From assembly GCF_009914755.1 (NCBI RefSeq), contig NC_060929.1: a stretch of DNA of 64,000 bases; one strand, written 5' to 3'. This DNA is from the human T2T-CHM13v2.0 reference genome, Homo sapiens. Below are positions 54,705-64,000 of this stretch, in pieces. Below the pieces are notes generated by a model, which was not told where the DNA came from, did not search any database, and saw nothing but the letters and a program-made list of their open reading frames with translations. How positions within the stretch are numbered: position 1 is the first letter of the stretch; each line of letters starts with the position of its first letter. Both the position numbers and the translations under genes were made by a program.

Positions 54705-55024
54705 GTCTAAGCCAATCATGGAATTGTCCTCTCCCCTACCAGTGATTGTTATAGACAATGGGCAATACCACGCAATAGGGGCCAATGAGACACAGGAGAC
54801 AGTCTGCTGGGAGTCTTCTCTCTGATAAAAAGAAGAGCCTGCCTTTCCTGACTTGAAAGGGCTTGTATAAGGATGTGATACCTGGAGGTGGGCTAGCCGT
54901 TTTCAGCCATGGGAGACAAGCCTGAGAATGAAGACCCATTCTATGCATGGCAGATTCCCATTCTATGGAATAAGAAAGCCACATACTTCCTTCGCGATGT
55001 CATCGTGCAACTGAATTAACTAAC

Positions 55025-55027
<3 letters not shown>

Positions 55028-55058
<31 letters not shown>

Positions 55059-55341
55059 TTGAGATGAAGTCTCACTCTGTCACCTGGACTAGAGTGCAGT
55101 GGTATGATCTCGACTCACTGCAACATCTGCCTCCCGAGTTCAAGTGATTCTACTGCCTCAGCCTCCTGAGTAGCTGGGACTACAGGCACACACCACCATG
55201 CCTGGCTAATTTTTGTATTTTTAGTAGAGATGGGGTTTCACCATGTTGGCCAGGCTAGTCTCGAGCTCCTGACCTCAGGTGATCTGCCCATCTCAGCCTC
55301 CCAAAGTGTTGAGATTACAGACATGAGCCACCGCGCCCGGT
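55028..55341 (-). mobile_element. AluS with (TTA)n tail
   Basis: CCTGACCTCAGGTGATC; 17-bp TSD CTGAATTAACTAACTTT (55011 / 55342). Confidence 0.92.
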
Positions 55342-55684
55342 CTGAATTAACTAACTTTAGAACTGCCTGCCTCTTGGCTTTTTGTTGTATAAATAGCCAC
55401 TTATTGGTTAAGATATTTTTAGTACAATTTCTATTTTATTTGCAGCCAAAAGCACTGACCAGTAGCATGGCTCCTCTGTGGTCACCACAGGCTGTTTCTG
55501 CTGCTGCTATCACAGAAGCTGCTCCACTCCCTGGCCCCACTATTGCCCACTCTGACTCTTCTGCACCTATTCTTGCTTCTCTGCCTCATGATGAGACCAT
55601 AGCACCACTGTAGACTCTCATCTCCACAGAGCTACCTAGCAATAGCCCTCCTGCCCCAGTGGACAGGGAGTTTCCCCCACATGT

Positions 55685-56590
55685 CTATCAGTCAGGACCC
55701 TTGCAGATACAAATGACAGAAAATCCAATTCAAAATGAATAAAGCATTTTTAAAAGGAAGGGGGTAGAGTTATCAGCTCATAGCACAACTGTGCAGATTC
55801 ACACCCAGCTTATCTATGGGCTCAAACATAATCATGAGTACTCAGTCTCCCTTTTCCACCACTGCTTTTCTCTTTGTTGACTCTTCTCTCAGGCATACTT
55901 TCTCCTCACATTCTATTTTCTTGGGAAACATAGTTATAAAGACTCTCTTATCTTAACAATTTCCACAAGTGTTCCAAATTCAGACCTATTGACTATGATC
56001 GGGTCACTTGATCATGTTACTGGAGCCAGGAGATGCAATGCTCTGTCCAGTTTCAGCCATTTGCCTATTTGCCCCTGTGGCTGGGAGTAGAGTCAGCTCC
56101 AACTGAACTATAAGAAAGTGTGCATCAGTCAGGTTCTAGCAGAACATAGATAGTGGTTTCAAACTGGCTAATTTGAGGAGAATTTAATAAAGAAACTATT
56201 TTTAATGGCATGGTATAGTTAGAGAAAACAATGGCAATAGTGCAGTATGCTAGGGTTAGCAACAGTGCAGGAGCTGTTACCATCCCAAAGCCTAAAAGAA
56301 CAAGGGAAGGGTGTGGTCATAGAAGCCAGAGAGGCTAAGTGTAGAGTGCGAGCCATCTGACAGGAGTGATGGTCTTGCATAGGCGCACAGAGCCAATCTC
56401 AAATGCCATGGAAGGAAAAAAGCCAAGATGGGATGGAGATGTAGGGGGGTAAATTCTCTGATCTCACTTTTCTCCAAGGCTCTTCAGAGCACAGTTCACT
56501 AGTCATATCCAACTGGAAACCAACGAGCAAGGGGGCTCACTGATACAGTCCATACAGGTATATCCAGCATTGAGTTCAGAAGCAGTTCCC
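55685..56590 (-). mobile_element. Two adjacent old LTR relics (MLT1-like, then LTR40/41-like)
   Basis: TATCAGTCAGGAC..AAATGACAGAAAATCCAATTCAAA; CATCAGTCAGGTTCTAGCAG..AATTTGAGGAGAATTTAATAAAG. Confidence 0.45.
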
Positions 56591-57945
56591 CAAGGAAAAC
56601 AAAGGCTCTCGAACAAATGAAGGGGATTGGCAGGCATTACAAAAACCAGATCTTCACTATAATAACATTTTGCTTTTTCAACACAAAACTGATGGCCTAC
56701 TAGATGAAGAGAAATATTGCATCTAGAGCTCAGTGTCCCTGAGGTTCTTCCTTCTAAACCAACTCTTGACTTACCAACACCTCATTCTGTCTCTTGTGGC
56801 TTGATTCAGTCTCATCCACCCTCACAGTTGCTGTTTCTCCAGCTTATAATATCTACTCATCACATGACATTTCCAATTCCTTTTCCACTTTTCACACTGC
56901 CCCCTCCTCCCAAACAGTGTTCAGTTCTAGCTAAATTCCTAACCAATCTCCTCCACTTGGCCTAGGAATTTCAGTCCATTTTTCCGATCTTGTCTCAGCA
57001 GCAGCCCGGTTGGGCAGGGCCTAGGCTTCCACACTGGAGGGCTAACTCTTAGCCATTGGCCTTTGTGACACATATTGTTTGGTCCACAAAATGCCTTGCT
57101 CTGGATTTCCTATATTATTCCTGCACCAGCCTTTGGACAAACCCAACTTTTGGCTGACTACAAGCAGAGAGAGTACAGTCTAAACAGCAGGCAGCCTGGA
57201 TTGCTCCAATTATAGGTTAACTTACACAGGATGTCAGGAGAGGGAGCATCTTCTATTTCTTTCTTCCAGGCAATGCTGATGATAGAGAAGGAGTGACAAA
57301 GTAAGTATGCAACTCTACAATTTGTTTCTTACTAAATTGAACAAAATCCATTGGAAAAACAAGTTTCTAACCCAGAATCTTTTTCTTTGTGATCTATTTA
57401 TTTTTGTCTCTTAATTTACTAACTTTATTTTTTTCAACTCATTTTATTTCTACTAACTAGGTTTGTGATTTTCCTTCCTTCTATAGAACCTATGTTTCCC
57501 TCTGATCAAGAATGGACTTTCAACAGTTGCTTTCAGATTTAAAGTTTGCTTATAAAGAAGCTATGCTAAGTCTCCATGTCCCTGAACAAGTCCAGCCCCA
57601 ACTCTTCTCCAATGACAAATTCTCTCTCCTGAAAAAGGGCCCCTGTCTTTTATGTCCTCTACCCCAGAGTATGTTCCCTGCTTCCTTTTCCAGGAACAGC
57701 TTTTACCTTCCCTCCTTTAATCCAGTTTCTTAATCCTGATTGCTAAAAACCTCATGTTCCCTTCAGGGTGTCTCCCGAGTGGCCTAGTAGTCTTCGAAGA
57801 AACTAGGACCTTTCTGCAAAAGCTCAAGGTGGCTGACCTATAAATGTAGATCAGATTCATTTAGCCTACCTCTTTCTTTCTGCTTAGAAAAAGTGCCAGA
57901 TCCAAGGTTCTTGTTGCATTTAATCTCACTGTTCTTCAGCATTTC

Positions 57946-58237
<292 letters not shown>

Positions 58238-60009
58238 CTTCAACATTATTTAGAGCCCTCTGTGTGGCCCTAAGTGTGGCTCTACCAGTCTAGCCTGCAA
58301 GTGTCTCTTTTTTCTCTTTTACTTTGTTCAATCTCTTTTCTATTCCCTTCCTCCTGCTAAACACAATCGCAGAGGAATGCATGAATTAGATTGCAATAGC
58401 AGGAGACATGCTGGTCTATCTTTGTTTAGCTCATATCCTGGATTCTAGCTTTATACTATTTTCATTATAATACAACCAAAACCATTCCACAGTGTCCCCT
58501 AGTCGCCCCAAATAAATCATATTGTCAATGAAACCTAAAAAATTTCCTTTTTTACCATCCTTCACATAGATGAAACCTCTACTGGAATTTATTAAAGCTG
58601 GATACAGGAGATCTTCTGTTCCAAATACCCAGTTTCCTCATGAGAGTGCTCTTAAACAAACTCGCAAGCCCGAGAATTTTGTTCACTCCATGGACACTTG
58701 TGTTGATATGGTCCAGAGAAGGAAAGTTCCAGGGGTTGTCCACATGCATGTTACAGTGACCAAATTGAATATCCCATGTCCCAAAGATGAGAACCAATAG
58801 TTGCTTTACCTAGAGATCTTATTGTCAAGAGGAAGAAAGTATACAGGCTCGTGGGGGCTGATCCTTTCCAGGTCAGGAAAAGCTGTGCTACGCTTATGTC
58901 CTGAGGTCTTGGTGCCCAACACTATGCTCTTTCTGAAGCCAGTTATCTTAAATGAGGTTTGGGCAAGATTACAATGGAAGAAAGAAATCTGCTGGTGGCA
59001 GGAAAATGGTTCTCATGCTAATAAATATGAACAGGTGGTTGAGCAGCAGGTTCTTAAATACTGTGCCGCTACAGGGAAGGGAAGACAGAAGACATTTGCA
59101 CTTGCAAAAATATCCTGCCTTTAATAACAACTTTACACTGCAAATGCAATTGGTGTGTTAAACTCAGTGGGAGAATGGCATGATATTGCCATCATTATTT
59201 AGTAGAACAATAAAACAATGTTAGTGGAGCCCTGCTGGGCACTTGTATGGCACTTCACATTTTCAAAGGCTGTGACACGCAGCAATTCATTGTGAGGCTT
59301 TCCACATGCTTTCTTGGTCTAACAGTGCTTCAGAGGCATGTACTGTAAATAACTCTTTTCAACACGTATACCGTAATGCAGTCACAAGACTGTTCTTTAT
59401 CCTCAACTGACAGTTTTTAAAGGTGCTGTGACCATGTAGGAAGTCAAATTATGGACTGATTAGGGAACTAGAGGTTAGCAGTCTTTAGCTTGAGACACTA
59501 ACCTCCAGTCATGGAGAATAAATAATATTAAATTCTCTTTCTGGTTTTCACTTTTCTATGTGTGTGTGTTTCTTTTCAACATACTCCATTTATGAAGCCT
59601 CAGGGTCTTTAATCAGATTTTGTAAATGGACATGGACCAAGTTTGTCAATATTAACAAAAACTTCATGGGCCAAAAAACCACTTCCGGCTATGCCCTCTT
59701 CTCACAGACTTTGCAGTCTAAACTACTATCCAAATATGTGGAAGCAATCTATCCCATAAATGATTTATGGTACATTTTCATTGGCTCAAGGCACATATTT
59801 CTTTTGAAGATGATGCTCCAACTCTCTTGGATTATTTTTCATGATTTATTGTGGTCTTTCTCTGGGTTGAACAAGTACACTAACACTTACTGTCCACGTC
59901 TAGGAAAATTGCTCTAATTAAATATGAATGCTGTGGACAAGTTAGAAGAAATAGACTTTCAAATTGGCTTTATGCTGAAAAACTGCATTAAAAACAAATA
60001 TTTAAATCA

Positions 60010-60420
60010 GTGCACTTCAATTCAGCATCTGTGAGGTTCTGCTACACACTAAACATGTGCTAGGCATAAAGATACCATGGTGAATAAAATGGGACTCCCG
60101 CCTTGAAAGATTTCACAGCCTGTCTGGGTAAGGAAAAAATTATGTGCAGCATAAAGCATAAAACTGTTTAAGAAAGAGATGTGCACAGTATTTTATATTA
60201 CGTATTATGATATATACATACTATATGGAGACACAAAGGGGGAAAATTCATATGTTTGGGATCATGGAGTGGTCAGAGAAAGCTAGAGAAAGGAGACAGC
60301 CGTTCACTTAACTATGAAGGTGAAGTCAGCAGTCACCAGGTGGACAAGGAGTAGGTAGTTGTAAGCCGAGAATAGAAAAACGGCAAGAGCAAAGGTGGAG
60401 AAGTAAGAAGATGCAGGTCA
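60010..60420 (-). mobile_element. L2 fragment
   Basis: GTGCTAGGCATAAAGATACCATGGTGAATAAAA.., GGTCAGAGAAAGCT, GCAAGAGCAAAGG. Confidence 0.6.
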
Positions 60421-61486
60421 CTGCCCTTCTCCCTCTGTCCCTCACCCACTACCCTGGAGCCCGAGGATTCCAGCACAGTATGAAGTCAACACACAGTGAG
60501 CACTTGCTGAATGCATACATGCATGTATGAATGAAGGGGTCCAGGCAGGAAAACACTGATCTCAAAATTGGGCCTATCCTGAGAAGCTGATCTAGCTAAA
60601 AGCATGACATCTGACAGAGGGCCGTTGCTGGACTACTGGGAAAGGCAGATGATAAGTCTTAGAACTACAATTGCATTTCTCACTGGGATGAAGCTCTCGC
60701 CCATGAGAAAATTTTCAGCAGAAAAACGTCAGAATCTGGAAAGGACATTAGAGGGCATCTAACCCAGCCCTGAGAGATTAAAATGAAGGGTTCAAGTCTA
60801 CATAAGACCCTAGATTTTGTGTCTAGCAGTGGTCACCCCACAGTTATGGCTGAATGACCCATCACAGCCAAAGCCTCTGACCACCGAGAAGGCAGGCCTA
60901 TTTGGAAGGAAAGCAGGCAAGCCGGAAGGCAAGCCAGGAGGCTGCTGGCCTATGCATCTGGACTTTAACAGAGATTTGGCAGTCATTTTGTTTTTTCCTC
61001 TGCTCCTTGCTGGAAGGGAAACTCTCTTGAGCCTAGTTCCCATCACAGTAAAGGAATAGCTTTTCACAGCCTGATACACAGAGACAAGCCAGCCTTCAGT
61101 CCCTCTGGGAGAAGAAGGGCTTTTGTGGGACTTGAGCAGCCCTGTTGGTCCTTCTCCCCCTGCTTCACCAGGGCAATTGGTTGCTAGTTTCCAACGCAGC
61201 CCTTCCAACTCTTACAGGAAATTCCTAGAGACTAATTAATCTGGCTGCAAAGTCTTTGGCAGCTGAGCTCTGAAGTCCTCCTTTGAATTCTAAAGGAACC
61301 AGCAGGGGCACCTGGCCCTCTGTTCCAGAACTTTCTTCTCAGCCTTGGTCAGGAGACCTGGGTTGAATTTGCATCTCATTTCTCCACATGAGATACAAAT
61401 TGACCCTTGATTTCCTTACCCCAGCATTCTCCTCCACCAGGTATCTTGAATCAGATATTCTTGCTACAAAAGAGGCAGCTTTAACC

Positions 61487-61672
61487 CAGTGGTTCTTAAA
61501 TGTTAGTACGCATCAGAATCACCTGTAGGGTTTGCTAAACTACGGATGGCTGGACTCCACCCCCAGTTTCGGTTCAGCAGGTCCAAGATGGAGCCTGAGA
61601 ATTTGCATTTCCAACAAGGCCTCAGGTAATGCTAATGCTTGTGTGCCATGGCCCACACTTTGGGGAGCACTA
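61487..61672. mobile_element. MER5A
   Basis: CAGTGGTTCTTAAA..CATCAGAATCACCTG..GAGAATTTGCATTTCCAACAAG. Confidence 0.85.
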
Positions 61673-63063
61673 AATGCTGATGGTGGTGGTGGTGGTTGCT
61701 GATGTTGTTGTTGTTCTACAAACTAGTTTTCTTGCCCACCTATGCTTCAAAATTGCCAGGAATTCCTGAGTCAGGAATCAGGCCTTATATTTTTGGTCTG
61801 CAAACAATTTCTTCTCTGCCCTCCTACAACTCAATATTGTGTTCTGTCCCTCTCCTTGGGAAGAAAATCATTTCACTAATTAATTACTGTTCAGTCTACT
61901 TACAGCTACAACAATTTTGCTCCTGGCATCATGAGGCTTTACTAATAAAGATTATTTTATTTTCTGCCCCTTTCATCTAGACCAGAATATTAGTTATAAC
62001 CCCCAGGCCCAAATACATGTGTAATAAAAACAATAAAACAAAACAGCTCACAGAACAAAGGCAGTTTTCTCTTCTAAGAAAAAGGTACTTCATTTGAAAG
62101 CTTATGCAAGCTTTAGATACAAAATGGAGTTACATGAGTATGGAGTGATGGCAAATTGCCTGCTAGCATTCAAACAGGCTCCGTTACTGAAGAGAGCTTT
62201 TCCCTGGAGAAGGTTAGAAATTGGTGCCAAAATTAATTAAGGAATAAAGGTGAGTGGATATTTTTCTCTGTTGAATAGAGTCTATTTCATGCGGCCTTTC
62301 TTGCTCTAGTAACACCAAGCTAGGTATGATGTGTTTCTCTAGTTGTACCCTGAGCCCTCCTTGGGGGGATGCCAGGAGAAGACAACTCTGCTAGTAGTGG
62401 GATTAGGTAGATCCACAGACCCCTACTCATAATGATTTTCACACTTCAGACTACCAGAGGGGAAAATGATCCATAGGAAATATTTCACAGCTCAGAGGAC
62501 ACAATTATAAGCCAGTTTAGGAAGTGGTTATTGGGCACCTCAAGTGGATGGTCTGGGGTGGAAATAGAGAGGGATGTGATGCACTTTGCATGTTACCAGT
62601 ACCAAAAGCTCCAATTACCTGCAGATGCCATGGGCTGGGGTGGGAACAACAGAGCAGATGCTAGAGGGAGTTTGCAATGTAGATTGAACATGGAAGAGAA
62701 TGTCTCCAAGAGAAAGAAATGACAGAGTTGAGGATGTGTGATGGCTCCAATAAAAATAGGTTTAAGAATGAGCACCCCCTGAGAACAGCATGGTTGGAGG
62801 ATCCCTAAACCCCACCAAGAGATCCCAGGGAGCTAACGGTTCTCTTTGGTGAGGACATGGCCTCTTTGATACCAATATGAAGAGAAAATACATCTGAAGA
62901 TGAGTGGCACCTTCCTAGCAAATCATCCCTTAGCACCCAAAACAAGCTGGAATGCCGGGATGGACTAGGGAAATGATTTAGATTAAGGTTAGAGCCAGAC
63001 ATTCTCTTCAAGGAATGGTGTTGTCTAGGCACAGGACCACAGTGGCAGGGCGTCAGTTCAGCA

Positions 63064-63412
63064 TGCTATGGTCTGAATGTTTGTGTCCCCCCAAAATTAA
63101 TATGTTGGAACCTAATCTCTAATGCAATAGTATTAAGAGGCCTTTAGGAGGTGTTTAGGTAGTGAGGGCAGAACTCTCATGAAGGGGATTAGTCCCTTAT
63201 AAAAGATGCCCAGGGGAGCTTATTTGCCTCTTCCACCTTGTGAGGACACAGCTAGAAGGCATCATCCATGAGGAAAAGGTCTTACCAGACAATGAATCTT
63301 CCAGTGCCTTGATCTTGGACTTCCCAGCCTCCAGAACTGTGAAAAATAAATTTCTGATTCATAAGCTATCTAGTTCATGGTATTTTGTTGTAGCAGACTG
63401 AATGAACTAAGC
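63064..63412 (+). mobile_element. MaLR LTR (MLT1A/MSTC-D-like)
   Basis: TGCTATGGTCTGAATGTTTGTGTCCCCCCAAAATT..GATCTTGGACTTCCCAGCCTCCAGAACTGTGA..GAACTAAG. Confidence 0.85.
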
Positions 63413-63621
63413 ATTCTTTTTGCTAGGGCTGGACTAATCATGAATGCTGAAATTATAATCATCCAGAGTTGACAACTATCCAACTTAGCTCTGACAAGTA
63501 CAAAGATTAAGGATCTGTTAAAAGCCCACACTTAAAATGGTATTGCATACACATATTCCTTATCTGTATCTGTGATATGTTAGTTGCTGCTAGAAATTCT
63601 AATTTATAAAAGTGGATTGGA

Positions 63622-63965
<344 letters not shown>

Positions 63966-64000
63966 CTATCAAATATAAAAGTAATCTTCTCTCTGGAGTT

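Larger units (their letters stand above)
54030..55460 (+). mobile_element. Old MLT1/LTR16-like LTR hosting MER58A and two Alus
   Basis: TCTAAGCCAATCATGG, GGCCAATGAGACACAGGAG.., end TATTTGCAGCCAAAAGCA. Confidence 0.55.

Noticed and set aside
58560-59161. Cluster of 69-107 aa ORFs and a minus-strand acceptor-like site at about 58810
   Set aside because: No recognisable protein similarity or convincing splice pair; a lncRNA exon cannot be excluded without RNA data
60810-61208. 132-aa minus-strand ORF in unique sequence
   Set aside because: Non-ATG start, no domain resemblance, no splice context

Overview
Catarrhine primate (most likely human or ape) non-coding DNA dominated by interspersed repeats. 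I found no intact protein-coding gene; nearly all ORFs in the track are decayed L1/ERV frames or chance ORFs in repeats. The left 17.4 kb is a near full-length L1PB-type LINE (minus strand). It carries an AluY-like element, a short inverted templated insertion, a 2-kb L1PA and a complete but defective HERV-E provirus (LTR2-gag-pro-pol-env-LTR2, tRNA-Glu PBS, 8450-17180). A full-length L1PA7-like element (23200-29668) sits inside an MST LTR. An old TMEM183A processed pseudogene (about 31476-32048), invisible in the ORF track, lacks its 3' half and is joined directly to ERV-L integrase/dUTPase sequence. The most notable structural signal is a 2-2.7 kb inversion between two inverted MST (MaLR) elements at about 46.8-51.6 kb. 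It is shown by a MER39-like LTR, a MIR and a 5-bp TSD whose halves now face opposite ways, and the two MST arms share private mutations. I did not find a convincing new biological system. Repeat subfamily names and consensus comparisons are from memory and need RepeatMasker/Dfam confirmation.
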